The notes under the pieces: model-generated
Databases searched by the model: none
What the model was told of the DNA's origin: nothing
What the model saw: only the letters and a program-made list of their open reading frames with translations
Position numbers and translations under genes: made by a program
In this document: piece after piece, positions 12,590 to 25,654 of the stretch
How the letters are laid out: each line of letters starts with the position of its first letter
Numbering within the stretch: position 1 is the stretch's first letter
Assembly: GCF_030144855.1 (NCBI RefSeq)
Contig: NC_082732.1
Coordinates: 24,862,001-24,926,000 of the forward strand
Reading direction: 5' to 3'
Origin: Hypanus sabinus
Lineage: Eukaryota
Length of the DNA: 64,000 bases

Positions 12590-13020
12590 ATCCCTTTGCA
12601 GGGACACCGGGGGATCTGCTGCTGACGTTCCGGGAGCCATCGCCAGGGGGCGCCGCCGGACGCGGAGCCGGAAGTATTTAAGTGATGCACCAGCAAGCTC
12701 TGCGGCCGCCATATTCACCGCTTGGTGTTTTTTTACTGCCGCCCGGTTCGGTTCCTTCACCCGGGGAGGGAGTGCCGGGCGGATTCCAGTCGGAGCGTCG
12801 TTCGGCTGCTCGACCAGGAGCTGGAGGCCCGTTCGGAAGGAGCTGGACGGCTTTCATGACGAGGTAAATGGCGCGACCTGTGGGCAGGCCCGGTTCGGAG
12901 GCAGGCGCGGGGTCCGGGCCTTGGGGCTACCGCCGACCCCGCACTACCTATTGACACTTTCGGGAGCGGAGCCCGGCCTGGGCTGGGGGCTGGGGATGTG
13001 CCCAGTAGATAGGCGGTAAA
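12590..13020 (+). promoter_or_regulatory. CpG-island promoter and probable non-coding exon 1 of UBE2J2 (donor after 12863)
   Basis: CpG island with CTCF-like TCGCCAGGGGGCGCCG (12640), ETS CCGGAAGT (12668) and YY1 CCGCCATATT (~12706); donor GAG|GTAAAT at 12863/12864. The next coding exon begins directly with ATG, so an upstream exon is required. Confidence 0.8.
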
Positions 13021-13889
13021 TCCCCATTAACAATCAGCTGCAAGTCAGGCGGTGGCAATAGGAGAAGGCCTGCTAACCTTCCGCCGGTTCTATAGTGTCT
13101 GACTTACACTGGTTCTGCAACAATAATCCTGTCAGTGGCAGTAGAAGTTCCGCGTCCAGCATCCTAAAGCACCTGAATAAGTGAGGACCTGTTTGGGTTT
13201 CGGTCCTACACCTATGTTGTCATAAAGCTTTCTCTCCCCCCACTCCCCATTTAAGATTACTACACATACTTGAGGCATTGTGTTGGATGTGATTACGGTT
13301 TTGATCTGGGGGTTAATGGGGATGGAACCGTGGAAGGAGGTACTAAATAACGTTCCGAATTTCCTGATGCTCTTACATTCCAAGGGGTTATTTACTCTTA
13401 GTGTCACTCCACCAATATTTAGCAAGAAGTTTTCTAATAATACCAACTCTCTTGCCTGCAGTGATGTTCACATTATTAGAGTAACATGCCCCTGCAGTGA
13501 GTTCCATCACCTGAGAGCTTGATAGGCCCAATATATCTTGTGTTTTTGAATCCCTGTTCCAAAAGGTAAATGGATTATAAAGGTCATTTAAAGTTCAAGA
13601 CATGATCCCAGCACAAATCCCATGGTCAACTGGGTGGTAGTGACCTGTAGGCTTCTGTGATGTGGTCTGCCAGCAGGAGGCATCTCAAAACAGGAGAGAT
13701 ACAACTGATCTTGTCAAATCCATTGGCAACTTGAGCCAATATGAAAGTCCTTTCTTCTGTCCACATCCCAGCATTGAGGTCTTAATTCCTTCTATTTGGT
13801 TTCACTGGATTGTTCACATGTTAAACAGCATACTTCTAGATTCAACGCTTCAAATGCTATTATGGCAAGTATCGTAGTTCCAGCAAAGT

Positions 13890-14030
13890 GGGTTCACTGC
13901 TGCCTTTATGGAGTTTGCACGTTTTCTACGTAACAGTCTGGATTTATTTTTGATACTCTAGTTCCCTCCCAACATCCCAAAGATGGTTATGTTGCTAGGT
14001 AAATCAGCCACTGTGAATTCCCTTTAGTGC
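13890..14030 (+). mobile_element. V-SINE-like fragment
   Basis: ggagtttgcacgttttct...ttccctcccaacatcccaaaga core. Confidence 0.55.
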
Positions 14031-14120
14031 ACAAGACTACAAGGCTGTTAGGCACACAATTGCGTAGAGAATGGTGGGATAAGGATCAAATACTGGCAGA
14101 AGAGAATTTGTATAATTCAG

Positions 14121-14316
14121 CAAAACACATGAAACGCTGAAGGAACTCAGCAGGCCAGGCAGCATCTATGGAAAGGAGTAAACAGATGACATTTCTGGCC
14201 AAGACCCTTCACATCAGGACTGGTTTTTTTTTTCATAGATGCTGCTTGACCTGCTGAGTTCCTCCAGCATTTTGTGTATGTTGCTTGGATTTCCAGCATC
14301 TGCAGATTTCCTCTTG
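14121..14316. mobile_element. Penelope-derived fold-back element with a degenerate hammerhead on the - strand (14183-14222)
   Basis: Inverted arms about 14121-14174 and 14230-14283; perfect 14-bp TSD TTTGTATAATTCAG (14107-14120 and 14317-14330). Confidence 0.8.
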
Positions 14317-16059
14317 TTTGTATAATTCAGTGTTTGCTGCAGACATTTTGGGCCAAAGGGGCTGTTACCGTGCATACTGTGATTTAAAAGCTGTAAGGAA
14401 ATCAGATTGACGGGGGAGGATGGAAAAAGGATAGCATTTAAGAGTAAGGCAGTGAGAGTATTAGAAACATGGTTGAAAAGTAGTAGTGTAAGATGGCAAT
14501 TTAAATTTGCAGGATGAAAGTGTGCTTGGTGTTGGACCTATTTTTTTAAAGTGTTGATGTGACTGTAGATGTACCAGAACATTGGATGTACTTTGAGATA
14601 ACGGCAGAAAAGTTGTTAGTAGACTTTGGTGTAAAAGTTACCTAAAGCCCCAAGATTGACGAAGGAAGCTGGAGGTTCTGACTTTAATTTTTCAATCTTC
14701 CTTAGATATTCAAATTCTACCGGCGGACTGAAGGATAGCCATTGTAACACCTCTCTACAGGAAGGGAGAGAAGGATAAACCAGGTAATTATTGTCATTAG
14801 TCGGATGAAAGTTAATGAACATTTAGAAATGTGAGTCGTTTGAGAGCAAATAGAATAGATTTGTTGAAGCAAAGTGTCTGGATTTTTAATGTAACTGGTG
14901 AGTAAGGTGGGGGAGTGTTTGAAGGAAGTAGTGTTAATATTTGCTCGGACTGAAGGATTGAAGCTGTTGTACCTGGGTGATGGCTGTTGGAACCAATTTG
15001 CTGTATGTAGGGAAAATACTTGCATCAGTAACCCAGGAATGGCAAGTTTATAAACTGGAAGAAAATTTTCAGAAAAGTTTTGAGGAAACACTAGATATTG
15101 GAATGTACTGGACTGAGAGGAAAACAGGTGCAAAAGTAATAAATTTCTACACAGTGAATGTGGCACAGATGTTCTATTTGCAGACTTGAATGTACTTGTA
15201 CATCAGAGCTTTGGGGCACAGGGTCGAAGGCAGATTGGGGTTGAGAGGGAGAGTAAATCGGTCACAGTCGGACGGTGGCTCAGACACAAGGGCTGAATGG
15301 GTCAATTCTGCTCCAATATCTTATGGTCATAGGCTGTAATTCAGCGGGACAATGACAGGAATGTTGAATTATAATTATTAGGAAGTAGGTTTCATCTATT
15401 GAGATTTGAGTGGGAAGGCTTACAAGAGTTTATGGGATGCGAGAGTGTTGCATTGCAGAATGAGCCCATCTGCTCTCACACTTGGGACACAATGTGTTCA
15501 ATTAGTCCCACATTTTAATTCATCCTAGTATTGAATGGCTTTGTTTTGCTTCATATTCTATATAGCACCAGTTGAAGTGTTTGCACTTTCTGCCCTCTGT
15601 TTCCTTCATGTTCTAACAACTTTTAAATACATCCCTGTAGTTAGTGTATTGAGAGAGGAGGTGGCTCATCCAGTCCATGCTGGTTCCCAGTAGACTATCT
15701 GCATTCATCCCACTTTCCACCCACCACCTCCATATTTCTTAGTCCTGCGGCTTGTCATCTTTCATCTGCCGCTGAAGCTTTTGCCACCAGAGTGTACCAA
15801 GTGCTAATCTGTAGAAGCCAATTAACCAACCCACACATGGGGAATAAGGGATTGCTTCCTTAATGTGGTTCACATTAGAAGTAATAAGGGACAGAAATGG
15901 GAGTCCTAAAAAAAACAACATTTTTGAGCACAAAGAGCAGCAGGTTAAAGAACGGGGCTGGAGGATAGTAATTTTCAAATCACTTGCCTGTATTGAAAGG
16001 AAGAAACATGCACTACTGATTTGGATGTATGTCCTGAAGTGGTTCGTTCTAGACCTACT

Positions 16060-16230
16060 ACAGTGGTAGTGACCTGCGTTCAATCCCACTGATGTCTGTA
16101 AGGAGTTTGTTCCAGCTCCCTGTGACAAAGACATGGAGGTTTGTAGGTTAATTGGTCACGTGGGTGTAACTGGCGAGTGTGGGCTTGTTGGGCCAGAAAG
16201 GCCTGTAATCGTGCTGTATCTCTAAATAAA
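16060..16230 (+). mobile_element. V-SINE/HE1-like SINE
   Basis: gttcaatcccactgatgtctgtaaggagtttg head and core, CR1-like tail ending ctaaataaa. Confidence 0.65.
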
Positions 16231-16319
16231 GAAATATAATACAAATGTGCTGAACTTCTGAAGTGTAACCAACTGGCATAAGGAATTTGTTCAAACTGGG
16301 GGGAAATGTTGCGAGAATG

Positions 16320-16830
16320 AAGCCAGAAGGAGATCACATGTCTCTTGAGCCTGTTCCGTTTTTTCTGTAGGATCATGGCTAGTCTAATGTAGGCATGAGC
16401 CCCACTTCCTTGCCTGTTCCCAATCCTTTTGACTCCTTTGTATTCCAAATAACTGTCCATCATGTCTTTGATTGTATAAAACAACTGAGCCTTTAGGATA
16501 GAAAATTCCAACGATTCATGGCTGGCTGTGAAATTCTTCTTTCTCTCCACATTAAATTGCTAAGCCTTTTTCCAAAACTGGACTCCCTTTTTCTAGATTT
16601 CTCCACAATGGGAAACATAGGGCATCTGCCCTGAGACGTATCGCTCCCGGGAGCTTACACATTTCCATAAAGTTGACTCTGTTTCTTCTAAGCGTCAGTG
16701 AAAATGGGTCAGCCTGCTCAGTTGTTCCTTTTAAGGCAGCCCCCTCATTCCTGCAATCACCCCAGTGAAGCTACGTGAAATGCCAACAAGTATATCCTTA
16801 CATAAACAGACCAAAGCTCTTTGTAGTATT
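16320..16830 (-). mobile_element. Old CR1 LINE 3' fragment
   Basis: Degenerate reverse complement of the CR1 3' end. Confidence 0.6.
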
Positions 16831-18466
16831 CTGGTGCAGTAAACTCACTAGTTTCCCATCATAATGGCTAATGTAACAATGCCAATGATTGGGTTTTAAT
16901 TCCCACTGCACTCTGTAAGGAGTTTGTACATATGCAAAGAGTGCATAACTCTCCCACATTCCTAAGGCATACAGATTTGTAAGTTGTGGCTGTGTTACGT
17001 TGGTGCTGGACGTATGGCATCACTTTCAAGCTGCCCCCAGCACATACTCGGACTGTGTTGGTTATTAGTGCAAGTGACCCATTTCACTGTATGCTTTGAT
17101 GTACATGTAACAAAGCTAATTTTTATCTTTCAATAAAACCAAAATTCCATTTTTATTTCAATTACTGTAGAATCTAATCTGCATGCTAATTTTGTGTTAC
17201 TTATACATGCACGCCCATCTGTCTCAACGTCAGCTTTGTGTCCTCCATGCAAACTTAATTCTGTGTTTCTGTTCTTCCTCACAAAGTGAATAACCTCGCA
17301 TTTCATTTAAGACCACGGGCCAAACTTTTCTGGTCCAACAAAATCATCATACTTGCTTTCTGACTTTACAATTTTGGCAAGTTTAGCTATGTGGCACTGT
17401 TTTTTTAATCTAATTGTTAATACGAGGAAGCCACTGCCCCAATTTCAGATTTCCCTACTTGTACTGATTTCCCCCCCCCCCCCCCCCCCTTTTTGGTAGC
17501 CAATCCTTTATCTCAGCTGATATCTTCAGTAATAATTTTATGTGGTAATCTTTTGTGAGGCTCCTATTGGAAATCCAAATACACTGCACCTGTCTTGCTA
17601 GCAAAGTTTGAAGAACTCTTAGTAAATTTGCTAAGCAGTTTCCATGTCATAAAACCAAACTGAGTTTGCTTAATTCCAAGTTTTATATTTCCTGATGACA
17701 TGGGCAGGTTTTTATTTCAGTCCATCAGGCCTATGCCAGCTCACAGTGCAGTCCCTCTGCTCATTAATTTTACCTTGAGCTTATTCTTTCCACTGTCCAG
17801 ATGTGGACTCTAATGTACAGGATACAGTTTTCAAACTTCAAGGCAGTGTGAAACTTGGAAGCATAAGTGTGAGGAGGGTAGAAGATGACTTCAGGTATGT
17901 CGTTGAGGAGGGGAGACGGCAGGGTAGCTGAAATGATCACAGAATAAAAGGTGAAGAGTGGCACTTCAGTGGGCAGAGCAAAGAGAGGCAGTATAAATTG
18001 TGGAGCACAACTAATGACAGGAACTGAGCAATTGATGGGTATGTGTCTATAAATCATTGAAGATATTTAATTAAATTTAGATCCAGAGCTGTATAAATCA
18101 AAGCATTAACAATGAAATCATGATGAGCTTTTCATAAAAGCATGGGTTTGCCTTCAATTCTGGTACTGGATCTGGGTAAACATTTTAGGGAAGATAACTC
18201 TTTTGAGTTAGTGGTGGAGAGGAGGTCACTAAACAAGCTGTTATCCATTATGGACAATCAGGCACGTCCTCTCCATGACTGACTGAATAAGCAGTGGAGC
18301 ACCCTTTCAAACAGGCTCATTCAGCTCTGCTCTCGTTACAGAAAAAATCTTTACAAATGCAATAAGCATATATATCAGTTCATCTGTGTGCAAGAGAACA
18401 CACATCATGGTACAATCTGTTTTATTATTTTGTACATTATTGTGACACATTGGTAATAATTGTGTA

Positions 18467-19204
18467 CAGTTGGCCCTCTTTATCTGCGGGCGATTGGTTC
18501 TGGGACGACCCCCCACCGCGGATGCTCAAGTCCCTTATTTAACCTGTCTCAGTGCAGTGGTCTTTAGGACCCAGCGGAACCCTGGACCTTATTTAACTCG
18601 TCTCAGTCGAGTGGACTTTAGGACCCAGCGCAGCTCTGAATCCACAGTGTTTCTGTTCACAAAAATAATCACGATCACTATTTTAAAATAAAGTAGAAGT
18701 AATAAGGCAATCGGAAAGAGGTGAAAAGCGTTAGGTTACAGTCGGTCAATGATCAGAACAATTTTAATAGAGCACGTGAAAGGCCCTGCCCTGGTAAAAG
18801 CTACAATTATAACTAAACAACGCAGTGGTTTAATTATTGAAATACATATGTTTCTTGTGTTTTATTTGCATAGAAAGGTAAAATATGTACTATATATAAA
18901 GACAAATGGTTGACTGACTAACGCTAAATAATACCGGAAGTACCTGTTCTGACATCAAATCCGACTTAAAGACAGACTCAGGAATGGTATTCGTTCATAA
19001 CCCGGAGATTGCCTGTACTTCTAAATCATCTCTAGATTACTTATAGTACGTAATACAATGTAGATAGTTGTTATACTGTATTATTTAGGGAATAATGACA
19101 AGAAAAAGTAGTCTGTACATGCTCAAACAACGAATGCTGGAGAGAGAACTTCTGGGTTTTCCCAATCCGCGCATGTGGAATCCGCGGGTAAGGAGGGCCG
19201 ACTG
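18467..19204. mobile_element. Tigger/MER2-like non-autonomous DNA transposon (composite)
   Basis: TA|CAGTTGGCCCTCTTTATCTGCGGG ... CCGCGGGTAAGGAGGGCCGACTG|TA: TIRs with a TA TSD. Confidence 0.8.
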
Positions 19205-19419
19205 TATATTATTCTGTACTTTATTATTAAGTGTGTTTTTAAATGTTGCTGCTGTAACGAAAGAATTTCCCACTTGGGATCAATATAGAGTTTCATATTA
19301 TATGAAAACCTTTGAGAAGATGCCAAAGAGCTTTATCAGAATGATTCCAGTGATGTAAAGGACTTTATTTACATAGAGAAGCTGGATTTGCTGTTCTTGG
19401 AATATAGGAAGTTGAGAGA

Positions 19420-21140
19420 CTTTAATCAGGGTTGTTGAAGAAATCTCTGCCCAATTATCATCAACATATCATCTGTAGCACCAGAGGTCACAGCACACTC
19501 GACCATTGCTATATTATGATTACAAGTGCCTACTGCTCCATGCCTACATTGCATATTAGGAAATCTGATAACTTGGCTGTCTTCCTCCTGCCTGCATACA
19601 GGCAGAGGACAGGGCAAGGCTCCAGAGATAGGGATGCCAATGAAGTGGTCACAGGAGGCAGAGGGGAGGTTGCAGGATTGCTTCAAGTCAGAGGACTAGG
19701 CTGTGTTCAAGGACTCATTGGAAGAACTGAATGAGGACACCAAAGCTGTCACGGCGTTTATAAGACAGTTGTAAGTGAGTGTGTCCTCGAAAGATCATTT
19801 GGTCTTACCTAACCAGAAGCCCTGGATAAACCATGAGATCCCCAGTCTGCTGAGAGCCAAGTCAATGACATTCAGGTCTGGCGACCAAGTAAAGTACAAG
19901 TGGTCCAGGAAAAATCTCTGGAAAGCTACCTTGCACGTGTAGCAACTCTGGACTCAACTTGAATCACTGAAGGTTGCTGGACAGCTGTGGCAGAGATTGA
20001 ATGCCATCATAAGGTGAAACCGGGCAGCACAGGTGACGACAAGATTACACTCCCAGGTGAGCTCAATACCTTTATGCTCTTTTTGACCATCAAAGCACAG
20101 AAACACCTTCATGAGCTTCCACAGTCTGTTGGCCCAGTGATTTCAGTGTTTGAGGCCTACGTAAGAGCATCTTAAAGAGGGTGAACCACCAGAAAACATC
20201 CAGCCAAGACGGGAAACCTGGCCGAGTAAAGTCCTCTGCTGACCACCTGGCTGGAGTGTTCCACCAATATCTTTAACCCTTCGTTTCGGCAGTCTAAGGT
20301 ACCCACCTGCTTCAAGTGGGCTTCAATTATACAAGAAGAACATGGTAACCTGCCTCAGTGACTATCATCCAGTAGCACTTGCATCCACTGTGATGAAGTG
20401 CTTTGAGAGGTTGCTGATGAAACCTACAAACTCCTGGCTGAGAAGCAACTTGGATCTACTCCAGTTTGCCTACTGTCACAACAAGTCAACAGCAGATGCC
20501 ATTTTATTGGCTCTTCGCTCAACCTCGGAACATCTAGACAGCACAGGTTCATACATCAGGGTGCTCGCCATTGCATTTATTCAATACCATCATCCCCTCA
20601 AAACTAATCAGTAAACTTCAAGACCTAGGCCTCAATGCCTTCATGTGCAGCTGGATCCTTGATTTCCTCACTTGCAAGCCCCAGTCACTTCTGATTGGCA
20701 ACAGCATCTCCCCTATGCAGAAGCAGCATCCATCATCAAGGGCTCCCACCACTCGGGCGATGCTCTCTTCTTGCTGCTGCCATCAGTAGGAAGGTACAGG
20801 CACCTCAGGATCCAGATCACCAGGTTCAGGAGCAATTACTACCCCCCAACCATCAGCCTCTTGAACCAGAGGGGTTAACTTCACTTGTCACCATCACTGA
20901 ACTGTTCCCACAACTTTTGGACTCACTTTCAAGGATTCTTCATCTCATATTCTCGATATTTATTGTTTTTTTTTGTGTTTGCACGGTTTGACTTTTGCAC
21001 ATTGGTTGTTTGTCTTGTTGGGTGTTGTCTTTCATTGATTCTGTTGTGTTTTGCGTGTTTACTGTGGATTGCCAGCAAGAGAATGAATCTCGGTTATATA
21101 TGGTGACATATATGTACTTTAATAATAAATTAACTCTGAC
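19420..21140 (+). mobile_element. Rex1/Babar-type LINE, internally deleted
   Basis: Endonuclease C-terminus TRGHSTLDHCY..SDNLAVFLLPAY and RT motifs CLSDYHPVALASTVMKCFERL and LQFAY...STADAI; jumps to the 3' end near 20712. Confidence 0.85.
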
Positions 21141-22297
21141 CTATGAGAGGGGATCTGGCAGGGGTGTGGGGATAATAAATACTAAGGGAACTGGTCCCAC
21201 TAGTGACAGTGAATAACCAGAGGTCAGTGGATGGAAGATTTGCCAAGGAACCAGTGATGTTACCATCTTACTCTTACTGTGGCCTTTCCCCACAGTAGGC
21301 ATTGAAAATCTGGAATCCACTATCAGGGCAAGCAGTGCAGGTGGATTTAATTGATGTTTCATAGTTGCTTCAATGTGGAGGAACATCATTTTGGGAACTG
21401 ATTCATGGTTTTTACCACCACATCCATTACCACACATTAATAACCTGCCATTGGGCAGGATAAAGGGGACATATGAGGATTGCTGTCTGGTTTGCACTTG
21501 CACAGAACCACTGCAGTCTTGATAAGCCCCAAGGTCTCCTGTGCCGTCAGCTTTGTGATTATTTGCAGAGCTTGTGCAGAATTTGAAGTGAAATGGTGGG
21601 ATTAAAAAGAATAATTGACATTGAAATGATTGAGTTTTAGTTTTTGAATTTTGTAAATGTTGAAGCATTTGTATTGGTTCTGTTTATTTGCTGTCATTTA
21701 TTCCCTAATTGATTGGGTGGGTTAGGCTCTGAGTCAACCACATTGGTTTCTCTGGAGTTGTGTATAGTCCAGTCTGAGTAAGATGGTGAAAATTTATCCA
21801 TGAGATGTAATGGGTTTTTATGACAGTTTTGTCATTTTTGATGTTATCTTTTTATCCAATTTACTTAATTGCTATTAGCTCAATTGCCATGGTTGAATTT
21901 GACCTTGCACTCCTGGACCAATAATCTGATTGCAGGTCTTCCCCAGATTACAATTGTATAATCCTTTTCTATGAGGATTTTGGAATTGGCAGGATGGATT
22001 TGCCAGCTGCTGTGGGGCTGTAGGCATCTTCTGCCACCTGGGAGCAAAGTTCACAGTCACATTCTCATCTTGCAAACTATTCAGGCTATGAAGAGTTTGG
22101 GACAAAACACATCCATAACAGGAAATGACCTGCTTTCAGCAAACTGAACAGTATGCCGCCATTCTCATGGGTTGCTACCCAAGCAGGTCTTTGTGAGAAA
22201 TGGCTTGATGGTTTTATTAGATTTGTAACTGTTCTTGGAGTCTGAGCTAGTTCTCAAATTATTTGATTTTTAAAATTGTTCTTCCTGTCATAAATAG

Positions 22298-22428
22298 ATG
22301 AGCAGCAACAGTAACAAACGAGCTCCAACAACAGCAACGCAGAGACTTAAACAGGACTATCTTCGAATAAAGAAAGACCCAGTGCCTTATATCTGTGCTG
22401 AACCTCTCCCATCTAATATTCTTGAATG
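22298..22428 (+). CDS. UBE2J2: Ubiquitin-conjugating enzyme E2 J2, first coding exon
   Basis: taaatag|ATG; MSSNSNKRAPTTATQRLKQDYLRIKKDPVPYICAEPLPSNILE(W); donor GTAAGT, phase 2. Confidence 0.97.
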
Positions 22429-22724
22429 GTAAGTGAGTTTACAGCAGTACAAACGATCGGCCAGTTACTGTATATTTTACATACCTTGGTAACCGTTCAA
22501 GCAGAATGATCTTGAAATTGTGTTCAATGCATTCAGTGACTCAACTGATTTGTATGTTTTCACTACAAATTATTACATGTATATTGATAACCCATGAAGA
22601 ACTGTCAACTCTAAATTTGTCTTTTTCTTAATAATGTGCCCCCTATGTTTAATTCTGTTTAATTTTAAATATTTTCCTGTATTGCCTTCCTGTACGTTTA
22701 ATGTCTTGCCCGTGTGCTAGGGTG

Positions 22725-24540
22725 AACTCTTTGCAGAACTGCAGGGCAACAGTGGCTGGAGTTTCTGGGAGCAGTTTGGAAGATGCAAGTTAAATTCATT
22801 ATTAAGAAATAGTGGTATTCTAAAGGGAGGATGAGGTAACCATGGCTGACCAGGGAAGTCAAAAACAGCATAAAAGCCAAAGAGGACATATAACATTGCA
22901 AAAGGTTGGTGGGAAACTAGAGGATTGGAAAAATTCTAAAAAGCAACAAGGCAACTTTTGGGAGGTGGGGGGAGCAGTAAGGAGATTGTGAAGGTAAGCT
23001 AGCCAATAATGTTAAAGGGTAGCACAAGTTTTTTTCCCAAATGTCTAAAGAGTAAAAGAGAGGCAAGTGTGGATATCCGCTGGAAAATGGTGCTGGAACA
23101 GTAGTAATGGAGGACAAGGATATAGCAGGTGAGCTTAAGGTTTTTGTGTCAGTCTTCACTGTGGAAGACAACAGCAGCGTGCCAGAAATTCGAGAGTGTC
23201 AGAGGGCAGAAGTGAGTGTAGTCACTATTGCTAGAGAGAAGGTCCTTGGGAAGCTGAAAGATCTAAAGGGAAATAGGAAGATGTTGGAGTTCGTTATTTG
23301 GGATGAGACTTCAGGGTTACTTGGAGGCAGTGATAAAATAGACTGAAGCCAGCATGGTTTCCTTAAAGGGGAAATCTTGCCTGACAAATTTATTGGAATT
23401 CTTTGAGGAAATAACAGGCAGGATGGACACATGGGAGTCTTCGGATGATGTTTACTTGTATTTTTATAAACCCTTTAACAAGGTGCTGCATGTGAGCCTG
23501 CTAAACAAGATGTTAGCCCATGGTATTACAGGAAAGATACCAACATGGATAGATGATTGGCTGACTGGCAGGAGGCAAATATTTGGACATAAAGGGGCCT
23601 TTTCTGTTTGGCTGTCAAGGATCAGTGTTGGGACCCCTTTGTGCCAAGTTCGTGAATGACACAAAGATAGTTGGAGGGGCAGGTAGTGTTGAAGCAGGAA
23701 GTCTGCAAAAGGACTTGGACGGATTGGGAGGCTGGGCAAAGAAGTGGTAGATGGGACACAGTATATGGTCATGCACTTTGGTAGAAGAATAAAGGTATAG
23801 ACTATGTTCTAATCAGGGAGCATATTCAGAAATCTTCATGCAGTATTCTGTAAAGGCTAACTTGCAAGTTGAGTTGGTGATAAGGAAGGTAAATGCAATG
23901 TTAACATTCTTTTGGAGAGGACTGGAATATAAAAGAGGATTAATGATGAGGCTTTAGAAGATGTTGCTCAGGCCACAATTGGAGTATTGTGAGTAGTTTT
24001 TGGCCCCTTATCTAAGAAAAGATGTGCTTGTGCCTGCAATGGAGAGGCTCCAGAGGAGGATCACAAAGAAAATCTTGGGAATTAAAGTGTTAATGTCTGA
24101 GGGGTTTTTGATGCCTTTGGGCCTGTACTCATCGGAGATGAGAAGAATGAGGGCAAACTTCACTGAAACCTATTGAATATTAAAAGACCTAGATAGAGTG
24201 GACATATAAAGGATGTTTCCTAAAATGGGGGCACTAGGACCAGATGGCACAGTCTCAGAATAAAGGATAGCCCATCAGGACAGAGACGAGAAATCTCTTT
24301 AGCCCAGAGGGTGGTGAACCCATGGAAGTCATTGCCACAGATGGCTGTGGAGGCAAAGTCATTGGGGTATATTTAAATTGGAAGTTCATGGCTCTTGATT
24401 AATAAGGACAATCAAAGATTGTGAGAAGAAGGCTGAAGCATGGGGTTGAGAAGAAGAATAAATCAGCCATGATAGAATTGTGAAGCAAACTCGATGGGCT
24501 GAATGGCCTAATTCTGTTCTGCTGTCTTGTGGTCTTGTTA
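22725..24540 (+). mobile_element. Degenerate CR1 LINE in a UBE2J2 intron
   Basis: FVSVFTVED and KGKSCLTNLLEFFEEIT motifs with many frameshifts; CR1 3' UTR present. Confidence 0.9.
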
Positions 24541-25613
24541 GGAGAATGCATTTCATTTTACGACTGTAGTTCAAATATGGAAAAAGTGCTAAATTCCAAA
24601 GATGGGGCAAGCTTGACTGCCTTTGACATCAATGCAATGATGAGTATGTGGCTTCAATTAACCATAATAATGCAGTAGTCAAAGGGAGGATAATATTCAG
24701 TACATTGGAGCTATTCCTCACCAAAGGAAGGTGGATGTTTTGGAAATTTCTTACCCACCCTCCCTTACCTTACAGACTAAGGTATGGTTACTCTCCTAAG
24801 AACAAAAGAGACTTAAGTAGGGATTTAATTAAGGAATCCAGAAAGGGTGAATGTACAGACCCTGGTTTGGGACTTTGCTTTTTAGTGGCATGGATGTAAC
24901 TGTGCGCAATCATTCTAGTAAAAACCAATAGCGTTTGACATAAAGGTGAATATAGTTGATGTATACTTAACTAACAAGATTAAAGGGCATGTGCACAAGG
25001 TGTGCAAACATGACTTTAGATTACATGACCAGATGAGTCTATCAGCTCATCTTTTGTGATCAAAATTAGCTAGACATGACTAATCATTAACTTTTGGACA
25101 CACTGAATTTATATAAATTCTCCACTATGGTTTGTGAAAGTCGCTTTGTTTTGGAAGCTTATTGGAGTTTGCATGAGCATTTGGGAATTTGAAACCCTTT
25201 ATTTTTGTGTAAATTAATTCAAAAGTTCATTTTATTATCAATCAGAATACAACTTGAGATTTGTCTTCTCCAGATAGCCATATTTGTGGTTACATCTTTT
25301 CATATGACACAATTGTATACTTAGCACATCTAAGTGATGTCATATTGTTTCTGCTCTTTGGTCTATTGAATTAAAATACTGTAATTTAGAGATTTTTGAT
25401 TCAGTATTTTAATTCTACTCTGTGGGTTTGTTTTCTGGAATTTTTGTGTATAAAAATGTTGCTTAAACTTTTAAAACATTCCCAATAATGGAGTTTCTGA
25501 AACCGTTGATTGTAGCTTGTTGTATTGAGTTGGACTTTGCAATGGCTGTGCTAAATTGAAGGGGTTTATTCAGAATGAGAAGCCATGGTTTAATAGTTAT
25601 CTTCTCTTGGTAG

Positions 25614-25654
25614 GCATTATGTGGTACGAGGCCCTGAGAAAACACCGTATGAGG
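25614..25654 (+). CDS. UBE2J2: UBE2J2 coding exon 2 (41 nt)
   Basis: Acceptor cttctcttggtag; (W)HYVVRGPEKTPYE(G); donor GTATGT. Confidence 0.96.

Noticed and set aside
12474-13019. 181-aa + ORF and the - strand ORF containing MAAAELAG at the UBE2J2 island
   Set aside because: No recognisable homology; the ATGGCGGC is explained by the YY1 motif and GC bias.
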